Shown one piece after another: positions 1 through 13,029 of a stretch of 64,000 nucleotides of DNA (the first letter of the stretch is position 1; every line of letters starts with the position of its first letter). Origin of the DNA: Balanoglossus misakiensis. Taxonomy: Eukaryota; Animalia; Hemichordata. Both the position numbers and the translations under genes were made by a program. The DNA lies in NCBI GenBank assembly GCA_040954595.2, contig CM082590.2, positions 10,876,088-10,940,087 on the forward strand, read 5' to 3'. The notes below the pieces were generated by a model that saw only the letters and a program-made list of their open reading frames with translations, was not told the origin of the DNA and made no database searches.

Positions 1-3000
1 TCGGCCAGGGGGGCTGACACGAGACCACTGTTGCACCTTGGAGATAAATCATTATTGTGTCGGCCAGGGGGGCTGACACGAGACCACTGTTGCACCTTGG
101 AGATAAATCATTATTGTGTCGGCCAGGGGGGCTGACACGAGACGACGGGGACACCTCTTGGAGACACCTGCAGTGATAGCCAGCAGGGCTGACACGAGAC
201 CACTGTTGCACCTTGGAGATAAATCATTATTGTGTCGGCCAGGGGGGCTGACACGAGTCGACGGGGACACCTCTTGGAGACACCTGCAGTGACAGCCAGC
301 AGGGCTGACACGAGACCACTGTTGCACCTTGGAGATAAATCATTATTGTGTCGGCCAGGGGGGCTGACACGAGACCACTGTTGCACCTTGGAGATAAATC
401 ATTATTGTGTCGGCCAGGGGGGCTGACACGAGACCACTGTTGCACCTTGGAGATAAATCATTATTGTGTCGGCCAGGGGGGCTGACACGAGACGACGGGG
501 ACACCTCTTGGAGACACCTGCAGTGATAGCCAGCAGGGCTGACACGAGACCACTGTTGCACCTTGGAGATAAATCATTATTGTGTCGGCCAGGGGGGCTG
601 ACACGAGTCGACGGGGACACCTCTTGGAGACACCTGCAGTGACAGCCAGCAGGGCTGACACGAGACCACTGTTGCACCTTGGAGATAAATCATTATTGTG
701 TCGGCCAGGGGGGCTGACACGAGACGACGGGGACACCTCTTGGAGACACCTGCAGTGACAGCCAGCAGGGCTGACACGAGACCACTGTTGCACCTTGGAG
801 ATAAATCATTATTGTGTCGGCCAGGGGGGCTGACACGAGACGACGGGGACACCTCTTGGAGACACCTGCAGTGATAGCCAGCAGGGCTGACACGAGACCA
901 CTGTTGCACCTTGGAGATAAATCATTATTGTGTCGGCCAGGGGGGCTGACACGAGTCGACGGGGACACCTCTTGGAGACACCTGCAGTGACAGCCAGCAG
1001 GGCTGACACGAGACCACTGTTGCACCTTGGAGATAAATCATTATTGTGTCGGCCAGGGGGGCTGACACGAGACGACGGGGACACCTCTTGGAGACACCTG
1101 CAGTGACAGCCAGGGGGGCTGACACGAGACCACTGTTGCACCTTGGAGATAAATCATTATTGTGTCGGCCAGGGGGGCTGACACGAGACGACGGGGACAC
1201 CTCTTGGAGACACCTGCAGTGACAGCCAGGGGGGCTGACACGAGACCACTGTTGCACCTTGGAGATAAATCATTATTGTGTCGGCCAGGGGGGCTGACAC
1301 GAGACGACGGGGACACCTCTTGGAGACACCTGCAGTGACAGCCAGGGGGGCTGACACGAGACCACTGTTGCACCTTGGAGATAAATCATTATTGTGTCGG
1401 CCAGGGGGGCTGACACGAGACGACGGGGACACCTCTTGGAGACACCTGCAGTGACAGCCAGCAGGGCTGACACGAGACCACTGTTGCACCTTGGAGATAA
1501 ATCATTATTGTGTCGGCCAGGGGGGCTGACACGAGTCGACGGGGACACCTCTTGGAGACACCTGCAGTGACAGCCAGCAGGGCTGACACGAGACCACTGT
1601 TGCACCTTGGAGATAAATCATTATTGTGTCGGCCAGGGGGGCTGACACGAGACGACGGGGACACCTCTTGGAGACACCTGCAGTGACAGCCAGGGGGGCT
1701 GACACGAGACACTGTTGCACCTTGGAGATAAATCATTATTGTGTCGGCCAGGGGGGCTGACACGAGACGACGGGGACACCTCTTGGAGACACCTGCAGTG
1801 ACAGCCAGGGGGGCTGACACGAGACCACTGTTGCACCTTGGAGATAAATCATTATTGTGTCGGCCAGGGGGGCTGACACGAGACGACGGGGACACCTCTT
1901 GGAGACACCTGCAGTGACAGCCAGGGGGGCTGACACGAGACCACTGTTGCACCTTGGAGATAAATCATTATTGTGTCGGCCAGGGGGGCTGACACGAGAC
2001 GACGGGGACACCTCTTGGAGACACCTGCAGTGACAGCCAGCAGGGCTGACACGAGACCACTGTTGCACCTTGGAGATAAATCATTATTGTGTCGGCCAGG
2101 GGGGCTGACACGAGACGACGGGGACACCTCTTGGAGACACCTGCAGTGATAGCCAGCAGGGCTGACACGAGACCACTGTTGCACCTTGGAGATAAATCAT
2201 TATTGTGTCGGCCAGGGGGGCTGACACGAGTCGACGGGGACACCTCTTGGAGACACCTGCAGTGATAGCCAGCAGGGCTGACACGAGACGACTGTTGCAC
2301 CTTGGAGATAAATCATTATTGTGTCGGCCAGGGGGGCTGACACGAGACGACGGGGACACCTCTTGGAGACACCTGCAGTGACAGCCAGCAGGGCTGACAC
2401 GAGACCACTGTTGCACCTTGGAGATAAATCATTATTGTGTCGGCCAGGGGGGCTGACACGAGACGACGGGGACACCTCTTGGAGACACCTGCAGTGACAG
2501 CCAGCAGGGCTGACACGAGACCACTGTTGCACCTTGGAGATAAATCATTATTGTGTCGGCCAGGGGGGGCCGACACGAGACCACTGTTGCACCTTGGAGA
2601 TAAATCATTATTGTGTCGGCCAGGGGGGCTGACACGAGACGACGGGGACACCTCTTGGAGACACCTGCAGTGACAGCCAGCAGGGCTGACACCAGACCAC
2701 TGTTGCACCTTGGAGATAAATCATTATTGTGTCGGCCAGGGGGGCTGACACGAGACGACGGGGACACCTCTTGGAGACACCTGCAGTGACAGCCAGCAGG
2801 GCTGACACGAGACCACTGTTGCACCTTGGAGATAAATCATTATTGTGTCGGCCAGGGGGGCTGACACGAGATGACGGGGACACCTGCGGTGACAGCTAGC
2901 AGGGCTGACACGAGACCACTGTTGCACCTTGGAGATAAATCATTATTGTGTCGGCCAGGGGGGCTGACACGAGACGACGGGGACACCTCTTGGAGACACC

Positions 3001-6000
3001 TGCAGTGACAGCCAGCAGGGCTGACACGAGACCACTGTTGCACCTTGGAGATAAATCATTATTGTGTCGGCCAGGGGGGCTGACACGAGACGACGGGGAC
3101 ACCTCTTGGAGACACCTGCAGTGACAGCCAGCAGGGCTGACACGAGACCACTGTTGCACCTTGGAGATAAATCATTATTGTGTCGGCCAGGGGGGCTGAC
3201 ACGAGACGACGGGGACACCTCTTGGAGACACCTGCAGTGACAGCCAGCAGGGCTGACACGAGACCACTGTTGCACCTTGGAGATAAATCATTGTGTCGGC
3301 CAGGGGGGCTGACACGAGACGACGGGGACACCTCTTGGAGACACCTGCAGTGACAGCCAGCAGGGCTGACACGAGACCACTGTTGCACCTTGGAGATAAA
3401 TCATTGTGTCGGCCAGGGGGGCTGACACGAGACGACGGGGACACCTCTTGGAGACACCTGCAGTGACAGCCAGCAGGGCTGACACGAGACCACTGTTGCA
3501 CCTTGGAGATAAATCATTATTGTGTCGGCCAGGGGGGCTGACACGAGACGACGGGGACACCTCTTGGAGACACCTGCAGTGACAGCCAGCAGGGCTGACA
3601 CGAGACCACTGTTGCACCTTGGAGATAAATCATTGTGTCGGCCAGGGGGGCTGACACGAGACGACGGGGACACCTCTTGGAGACACCTGCAGTGACAGCC
3701 AGCAGGGCTGACACGAGACCACTGTTGCACCTTGGAGATAAATCATTATTGTGTCGGCCAGGGGGGCTGACACGAGACGACGGGGACACCTCTTGGAGAC
3801 ACCTGCAGTGACAGCCAGCAGGGCTGACACGAGACCACTGTTGCACCTTGGAGATAAATCATTGTGTCGGCCAGGGGGGCTGACACGAGACGACGGGGAC
3901 ACCTCTTGGAGACACCTGCAGTGACAGCCAGCAGGGCTGACACGAGACCACTGTTGCACCTTGGAGATAAATCATTATTGTGTCGGCCAGGGGGGCTGAC
4001 ACGAGACGACGGGGACACCTCTTGGAGACACCTGCAGTGACAGCCAGCAGGGCTGACACGAGACCACTGTTGCACCTTGGAGATAAATCATTGTGTCGGC
4101 CAGGGGGGCTGACACGAGACGACGGGGACACCTCTTGGAGACACCTGCAGTGACAGCCAGCAGGGCTGACACGAGACCACTGTTGCACCTTGGAGATAAA
4201 TCATTATTGTGTCGGCCAGGGGGGCTGACACGAGACGACGGGGACACCTCTTGGAGACACCTGCAGTGACAGCCAGCAGGGCTGACACGAGACCACTGTT
4301 GCACCTTGGAGATAAATCATTGTGTCGGCCAGGGGGGCTGACACGAGACGACGGGGACACCTCTTGGAGACACCTGCAGTGACAGCCAGCAGGGCTGACA
4401 CGAGACCACTGTTGCACCTTGGAGATAAATCATTATTGTGTCGGCCAGGGGGGCTGACACGAGACGACGGGGACACCTCTTGGAGACACCTGCAGTGACA
4501 GCCAGCAGGGCTGACACGAGACCACTGTTGCACCTTGGAGATAAATCATTATTGTGTCGGCCAGGGGGGCTGACACGAGACGACGGGGACACCTCTTGGA
4601 GACACCTGCAGTGACAGCCAGCAGGGCTGACACGAGACCACTGTTGCACCTTGGAGATAAATCATTGTGTCGGCCAGGGGGGCTGACACGAGACGACGGG
4701 GACACCTCTTGGAGACACCTGCAGTGACAGCCAGCAGGGCTGACACGAGACCACTGTTGCACCTTGGAGATAAATCATTATTGTGTCGGCCAGGGGGGCT
4801 GACACGAGACGACGGGGACACCTCTTGGAGACACCTGCAGTGACAGCCAGCAGGGCTGACACGAGACCACTGTTGCACCTTGGAGATAAATCATTGTGTC
4901 GGCCAGGGGGGCTGACACGAGACGACGGGGACACCTCTTGGAGACACCTGCGGTGACAGCCAGCAGGGCTGACACGAGACCACTGTTGCACCTTGGAGAT
5001 AAATCATTATTGTGTCGGCCAGGGGGGCTGACACGAGACGACGGGGACACCTCTTGGAGACACCTGCAGTGACAGCCAGCAGGGCTGACACGAGACCACT
5101 GTTGCACCTTGGAGATAAATCATTGTGTCGGCCAGGGGGGCTGACACGAGACGACGGGGACACCTCTTGGAGACACCTGCGGTGACAGCCAGCAGGGCTG
5201 ACACGAGACCACTGTTGCACCTTGGAGATAAATCATTATTGTGTCGGCCAGGGGGGCTGACACGAGACGACGGGGACACCTCTTGGAGACACCTGCAGTG
5301 ACAGCCAGCAGGGCTGACACGAGACCACTGTTGCACCTTGGAGATAAATCATTGTGTCGGCCAGGGGGGCTGACACGAGACGACGGGGACACCTCTTGGA
5401 GACACCTGCAGTGACAGCCAGCAGGGCTGACACGAGACCACTGTTGCACCTTGGAGATAAATCATTGTGTCGGCCAGGGGGGCTGACACGAGACGACGGG
5501 GACACCTCTTGGAGACACCTGCGGTGACAGCCAGCAGGGCTGACACGAGACCACTGTTGCACCTTGGAGATAAATCATTATTGTGTCGGCCAGGGGGGCT
5601 GACACGAGACGACGGGGACACCTCTTGGAGACACCTGCAGTGACAGCCAGCAGGGCTGACACGAGACCACTGTTGCACCTTGGAGATAAATCATTATTGT
5701 GTCGGCCAGGGGGGCTGACACGAGACGACGGGGACACCTCTTGGAGACACCTGCAGTGACAGCCAGCAGGGCTGACATGAGACCACTGTTGCACCTTGGA
5801 GATAAATCATTATTGTGTCGGCCAGGGGGGCTGACACGAGACGACGGGGACACCTCTTGGAGACACCTGCAGTGACAGCCAGCAGGGCTGACACGAGACG
5901 ACTGTTGCACCTTGGAGATAAATCATTATTGTGTCGGCCAGGGGGGCTGACACGAGACGACGGGGACACCTCTTGGAGACACCTGCAGTGACAGCCAGCA

Positions 6001-9000
6001 GGGCTGACACGAGACCACTGTTGCACCTTGGAGATAAATCATTATTGTGTCGGCCAGGGGGGCTGACACGAGACGACGGGGACACCTCTTGGAGACACCT
6101 GCAGTGACAGCCAGCAGGGCTGACACGAGACCACTGTTGCACCTTGGAGATAAATCATTATTGTGTCGGCCAGGGGGGCTGACACGAGACGACGGGGACA
6201 CCTCTTGGAGACACCTGCAGTGACAGCCAGCAGGGCTGACACGAGACCACTGTTGCACCTTGGAGATAAATCATTATTGTGTCGGCCAGGGGGGCTGACA
6301 CGAGACGACGGGGACACCTCTTGGAGACACCTGCAGTGACAGCCAGCAGGGCTGACACGAGACCACTGTTGCACCTTGGAGATAAATCATTATTGTGTCG
6401 GCCAGGGGGGCTGACACGAGACGACGGGGACACCTCTTGGAGACACCTGCAGTGACAGCCAGCAGGGCTGACATGAGACCACTGTTGCACCTTGGAGATA
6501 AATCATTATTGTGTCGGCCAGGGGGGCTGACACGAGACGACGGGGACACCTCTTGGAGACACCTGCAGTGACAGCCAGCAGGGCTGACACGAGACCACTG
6601 TTGCACCTTGGAGATAAATCATTATTGTGTCGGCCAGGGGGGCTGACACGAGACGACGGGGACACCTCTTGGAGACACCTGCAGTGACAGCCAGCAGGGC
6701 TGACACGAGACCACTGTTGCACCTTGGAGATACATGTAAATCATTATTGTGTCGGCCAGGGGGGCTGACACGAGACGACGGGGACACCTCTTGGAGACAC
6801 CTGCAGTGACAGCCAGCAGGGCTGACACGAGACCACTGTTGCACCTTGGAGATAAATCATTATTGTGTCGGCCAGGGGGGCTGACACGAGACGACGGGGA
6901 CACCTCTTGGAGACACCTGCAGTGACAGCCAGCAGGGCTGACACGAGACCACTGTTGCACCTTGGAGATAAATCATTATTGTGTCGGCCAGGGGGGCTGA
7001 CACGAGACGACGGGGACACCTCTTGGAGACACCTGCAGTGACAGCCAGCAGGGCTGACACGAGACCACTGTTGCACCTTGGAGATAAATCATTATTGTGT
7101 CGGCCAGGGGGGCTGACACGAGACGACGGGGACACCTCTTGGAGACACCTGCAGTGACAGCCAGCAGGGCTGACACGAGACCACTGTTGCACCTTGGAGA
7201 TAAATCATTATTGTGTCGGCCAGGGGGGCTGACACGAGACGACGGGGACACCTCTTGGAGACACCTGCAGTGACAGCCAGCAGGGCTGACACGAGACCAC
7301 TGTTGCACCTTGGAGATAAATCATTATTGTGTCGGCCAGGGGGGCTGACACGAGACGACGGGGACACCTCTTGGAGACACCTGCAGTGACAGCCAGCAGG
7401 GCTGACACGAGACCACTGTTGCACCTTGGAGATAAATCATTATTGTGTCGGCCAGGGGGGCTGACACGAGACGACGGGGACACCTGCGGTGACAGCCAGC
7501 AGGGCTGACACGAGACCACTGTTGCACCTTGGAGATAAATCATTATTGTGTCGGCCAGGGGGGCTGACACGAGACCACTGTTGCACCTTGGAGATAAATC
7601 ATTATTGTGTCGGCCAGGGGGGCTGACACGAGACCACTGTTGCACCTTGGAGATAAATCATTATTGTGTCGGCCAGGGGGGCTGACACGAGACGACGGGG
7701 ACACCTCTTGGAGACACCTGCAGTGACAGCCAGCAGGGCTGACACGAGACCACTGTTGCACCTTGGAGATAAATCATTATTGTGTCAGCCAGCAGGGCTG
7801 ACACGAGACCACTGTTGCACCTTGGAGATAAATCATTATTGTGTCGGCCAGGGGGGCTGACACGAGACCACTGTTGCACCTTGGAGATAAATCATTATTG
7901 TGTCGGCCAGGGGGGCTGACACGAGACCACTGTTGCACCTTGGAGATAAATCATTATTGTGTCGGCCAGGGGGGCTGACACGAGACCACTGTTGCACCTT
8001 GGAGATAAATCATTATTGTGTCAGCCAGCAGGGCTGACACGAGACCACTGTTGCACCTTGGAGATAAATCATTATTGTGTCGGCCAGGGGGGCTGACACG
8101 AGACCACTGTTGCACCTTGGAGATAAATCATTATTGTGTCGGCCAGGGGGGCTGACACGAGACGACGGGGACACCTCTTGGAGACACCTGCAGTGACAGC
8201 CAGGGGGGCTGACACGAGACGACGGGGACACCTCTTGGAGACACCTGCGGTGACAGCCAGGGGGGCTGACACGAGACGACGGGGACACCTCTTGGAGACA
8301 CCTGCGGTGACAGCCAGCAGGGCTGACACGAGACCACTGTTGCACCTTGGAGATAAATCATTATTGTGTCGGCCAGGGGGGCTGACACGAGACGACGGGG
8401 ACACCTCTTGGAGACACCTGCAGTGACAGCCAGCAGGGCTGACACGAGACCACTGTTGCACCTTGGAGATAAATCATTATTGTGTCGGCCAGGGGGGCTG
8501 ACACGAGACGACGGGGACACCTCTTGGAGACACCTGCGGTGACAGCCAGCAGGGCTGACACGAGACCACTGTTGCACCTTGGAGATAAATCATTATTGTG
8601 TCGGCCAGGGGGGCTGACACGAGACGACGGGGACACCTCTTGGAGACACCTGCAGTGATAGCCAGCAGGGCTGACACGAGACCACTGTTGCACCTTGGAG
8701 ATAAATCATTATTGTGTCGGCCAGGGGGGCTGACACGAGTCGACGGGGACACCTCTTGGAGACACCTGCAGTGACAGCCAGCAGGGCTGACACGAGACCA
8801 CTGTTGCACCTTGGAGATAAATCATTATTGTGTCGGCCAGGGGGGCTGACACGAGACGACGGGGACACCTCTTGGAGACACCTGCAGTGACAGCCAGCAG
8901 GGCTGACACGAGACGACTGTTGCACCTTGGAGATAAATCATTATTGTGTCGGCCAGGGGGGCTGACACGAGACGACGGGGACACCTCTTGGAGACACCTG

Positions 9001-10075
9001 CAGTGACAGCCAGCAGGGCTGACACGAGACCACTGTTGCACCTTGGAGATAAATCATTATTGTGTCGGCCAGGGGGGCTGACACGAGACGACGGGGACAC
9101 CTCTTGGAGACACCTGCAGTGACAGCCAGCAGGGCTGACACGAGACCACTGTTGCACCTTGGAGATAAATCATTATTGTGTCGGCCAGGGGGGCTGACAC
9201 GAGACGACGGGGACACCTCTTGGAGACACCTGCAGTGACAGCCAGCAGGGCTGACACGAGACGACTGTTGCACCTTGGAGATAAATCATTATTGTGTCGG
9301 CCAGGGGGGCTGACACGAGACGACGGGGACACCTCTTGGAGACACCTGCAGTGACAGCCAGCAGGGCTGACACGAGACCACTGTTGCACCTTGGAGATAA
9401 ATCATTATTGTGTCGGCCAGGGGGGCTGACACGAGACGACGGGGACACCTCTTGGAGACACCTGCAGTGACAGCCAGCAGGGCTGACACGAGACCACTGT
9501 TGCACCTTGGAGATAAATCATTATTGTGTCGGCCAGGGGGGCTGACACGAGACGACGGGGACACCTCTTGGAGACACCTGCAGTGACAGCCAGCAGGGCT
9601 GACACGAGACCACTGTTGCACCTTGGAGATAAATCATTATTGTGTCGGCCAGGGGGGCTGACACGAGACGACGGGGACACCTCTTGGAGACACCTGCAGT
9701 GACAGCCAGCAGGGCTGACACGAGACCACTGTTGCACCTTGGAGATAAATCATTATTGTGTCGGCCAGGGGGGCTGACACGAGACGACGGGGACACCTCT
9801 TGGAGACACCTGCAGTGACAGCCAGCAGGGCTGACACGAGACCACTGTTGCACCTTGGAGATAAATCATTATTGTGTCGGCCAGGGGGGCTGACACGAGA
9901 CGACGGGGACACCTCTTGGAGACACCTGCAGTGACAGCCAGCAGGGCTGACACGAGACCACTGTTGCACCTTGGAGATAAATCATTATTGTGTCGGCCAG
10001 GGGGGCTGACACGAGACGACGGGGACACCTCTTGGAGACACCTGCGGTGTCGGCCAGCGGGGCTGACATGGGACC
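1..10075. repeat. Tandem satellite, 116-bp unit (59-bp + 57-bp subunits), about 87 units in view, runs off the 5' edge
   Basis: Unit TCGGCCAGGGGGGCTGACACGAGACGACGGGGACACCTCTTGGAGACACCTGCAGTGACAGCCAGCAGGGCTGACACGAGACCACTGTTGCACCTTGGAGATAAATCATTATTGTG is repeated head-to-tail. ORF-track starts recur every 116 bp (113, 103 or 59 in variants). The last copy (~10040-10078) is degenerate. Confidence 0.98.
6731..6738. mobile_element. Putative Tc1/mariner excision footprint TACATGTA within one satellite unit
   Basis: Consensus GGAGA-TA-AATC reads GGAGA-TA-CA-TG-TA-AATC here only: a duplicated TA plus CA/TG terminal dinucleotides. Confidence 0.65.
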
Positions 10076-10199
10076 ACGATGGTACCTATGGGGCCGAAAC
10101 GACCATTCTTACCTTTCAGCTTACATTCTGTAATGATTGTAGCTGGTGCAGTACTGCTAGGTTGAGCTATTAGCTAATACTTATCATACGTCCCGGTAC

Positions 10200-10268
10200 A
10201 TGGTCGTCTGCCATGCCGGAAGTTGCCCATTTTCCTTATACAACCTTGGCGGAGCAGCTCTAGTAAGT
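10200..10268 (+). promoter_or_regulatory. Possible promoter or non-coding first exon of the downstream secreted-protein gene
   Basis: Ets-type CCGGAAGT near 10216 and CCGGAAG near 10430; strong donor-like GTAAGT at ~10263. No transcript evidence. Confidence 0.25.
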
Positions 10269-11660
10269 ACACACAGCTTTTTTGAGAGGAAGAAGCGTTC
10301 AAATGATCTCTTACCATTTTGAAAACTCCTTCTGTTGTCCTACTCTTCGATAGATATATTAGTTAGGCGCCGTGATGTTCACACTGTATTTACACGTCAG
10401 CCATCTTGTATGTGTCCTCATAGGTTGAACCGGAAGCTGAAACCTTACTCGCGTCCTCGTACAGGAATATATTTCATTGTCCTCATGAAATTGTACATGT
10501 CGACGCGACCCCAGTTCCTTTCACGATTTAAGCAGTTTTGCGCAGTTTGATTAAATGAATGAGGCAATTATGTGCATGCGTTAAAGGTCAAGTGTTGTAG
10601 AGATTGAGTGAAATCTTTTGACATAAAAAACGACACTGATTAACATACATAGTTGTTGAAACAGAGCTGTTCTGCCGGGGGGAGGTGTTGATACTCCCCC
10701 TGGCGGAACAGCTGCGTTTCCACTGCTAACAGATACAGTGACATCCGGTTGTTGTTGAAACCGACATAGAGATGAACACTGTTTAGCAAGCGTCCCGTGG
10801 CTTTGTAAACAAATAAACTGTTACTGTCAGTCAAATTATCGACTGCGAAGTCATGCAATGACTATTCTGAAAAATATCTGTAAGCTACATATACGATTGT
10901 AACACAGTTCATATCGGAGCAATCACTCTAGATTATAATAAATAGGCCTATAATTAAAATAAAAAGATGATCGCAAGAATCCCAAATCAAGAATATATCG
11001 TAAAGTTTGAGGTTATCAAATTTCACAAAACGAAATCTGCCAATAACCATTGAAATTGAAAACAAACGCTCTGAAGGTATCTGTTGAGAAGTGAAATGAT
11101 CTTTTCTATATTCATTAGCTACAGCGAAAAATATTTAGTGCTTTCTGTCTTTTTAAAGTATAACAAAATTAGAGCAAATATATATAACTGGTCGTTTGGG
11201 AAGAATTTTTTATTTTATTACACTATTTTTAGTGACTATACACAAGTTACAAAATTAGAGCGCCCGAGCGCATATCATGCATTATAGCCATCCTAGGAAA
11301 TAACACAGTTCATTTTCCATATCTCTTAAAACGAAGAAGTACGTAGGATTAAGACCGTGTTGAATATTATATGTTGACAATTTGAAGTGGTTCTTCCACA
11401 ACACTTCTACAAGTAAGCGAATGAATGAATTGGTGAATGAATGAATGAATGGATGAATGAAATGTGTTTTATGATAAAGAAAGCCTACTGTGAAATATTT
11501 TGTAATGTTGAAAAAAAAATTTTTCGCGTGACCTAAATGAGTAACTCTGCAGGTGATAGAATGTATCCAACTACCAAATTTTCAGTAATATGTTTCAGTA
11601 GCATCAATGTATAAATCGTTCTTTTTGTTCTTTCTCAGTTTCACGTATAAGCTGTCCACA

Positions 11661-13029
11661 ATGAGGGTGTTGTTTGTCCTATCGACTGTCCTGGCCATTG
11701 TAAATTGTAACATCGACGTCGAACATCCATTACGTTCTCAACCATGGCAATGTACCTCTGTCAAAGCTGAAGGATATGACAACGCCTTATATCTTGGACT
11801 TTTAACACATGGTGTTGACTGTTTTGATGAAATAATGGCGCTACCTGACGTATTGGAGAATGAGACACCAATTCACATCGACAAAACCTTTATGGCTGTT
11901 AGTGCCTTCATCGGCCCCACAAGTTCATTCAAAGTAATAAACATCGTAGTTGAAGAAATGGACAAAATAGAAATGGTAAACTTCAACTGTATTTGTAGGA
12001 ACAGCTGAACATTAAAATCCACCTACAAGTGAAATCACACATTTTATTCATATCTTCATTGAAAAACAAGAAAAAAACCAGGATATTTAAAGGGGACCAT
12101 AGACTTCCTCCACAATTTACTAGGGGAGACCATGGAAAAAAATCACAAGGAAAATAAAAAATCCTCCAGCCCCACCGTGGAAGTAAATTCTGAACAGTCC
12201 CTAACTTCCACGATTCATACACTTATGAAGATGAGTTTAATGTTCTTGTTTACTTAGTATCGTTTAATGACGATATGAATTGTCGTTGCATAAAATCCAT
12301 CTTAACTGTTTCAGGCCCGAATGAGTCTCATGAAAAATGCTTATGATAATTAATACAATGATAAGTTTCTCATTTGATATGCAGGGTGAAGCATCTGATA
12401 GTGACTTGGCAAAAGAATGCTTAAATTGTACATGTAAGCTTTATAATAGTAACAGTGGTATGTTTTCGTGCAACGAGATGCAGGTATGTTTAAATGAAAA
12501 CTATCAAATCTCGTGTGACAGTATAGTAGACCAATTTCCAAACTCCCTACGAGATCTCGCGTGACTTGAAGGCGCATTAAATACTCGTAATTAATAGTTT
12601 TGACAGTTTTATCCATCTGTATGAAACAATACCTTCGTGAGAAAAAATAAGTTATTCAAAAGAATTGACAGCTAGTGATGTCCATAGAAAACAGCATTTT
12701 AGATTGTGACAAATACCCCACCAAGCCCCATAGACTTTATTGTTATCTCAAAATGCATCCCATTTTTTTTGTCTGAGATTGACTATATGATTGAATCAGA
12801 TCATTATTGATTTACAACCATGATATATCGATGGGAATGATACTGACAATGTTATTATTATTTCCTCCTTCAGACATGTCCCGAGAAACTGTCTAAGGCA
12901 TTTTCCTGGAAGGCCACTGGAAACGTAACATTTTGGAATGAAGTTCAATACTGTTCCTACAAACGTCATGAAGATACTGACAACTATTACTGCAAGTTCT
13001 ATCAACCTGAACACGGTCTGGAATTTTAA
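11661..13029 (+). CDS. Secreted cysteine-rich protein of unknown family, 189 aa; exons 11661-11975, 12385-12483, 12874-13029
   Basis: Acceptor TTTCTCAG at 11638, then ATG and a signal-peptide-like MRVLFVLSTVLAIVNC. Phase-0 GT-AG introns (ATG|GTAAAC; GCAG|GGT; CAG|GTATGT; branch-like TACTGAC plus TTCCTCCTTCAG|ACA) join one ORF ending ...YCKFYQPEHGLEF*. Confidence 0.75.
12089..12203. mobile_element. Degraded short non-autonomous DNA element in intron
   Basis: Imperfect terminal inverted match AAGGGGAC.../...GTCCCTAA, with a GC-richer interior than the surrounding intron. Confidence 0.25.
12685..12754 (+). repeat. ~70-bp dispersed repeat, copy 1 (copy 2 at 18226-18296)
   Basis: TAGAAAACAGCATTTTAGATTGT.ACAAAT..CCCCACCAAGCCCCA...TTTATTGTTATCTCAAAAT occurs twice in the same orientation. 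Confidence 0.8.

Noticed and set aside
1-10075. CRISPR-like look (constant core with intervening segments)
   Set aside because: The intervening segments are only two alternating sequences, not unique spacers; there are no cas genes and the context is a spliceosomal-intron animal genome.
52-10173. About 90 overlapping ORFs (MQQWSRVSP...) in the satellite
   Set aside because: Artefact of a 116-bp unit cycling through frames; frame-changing indels are tolerated and no domain is recognisable.
12484-12564. Read-through ending VCLNENY...RDLA* for the secreted protein
   Set aside because: A strong CAG|GTATGT donor and an in-frame downstream exon with branch site fit better; intron retention cannot be excluded.
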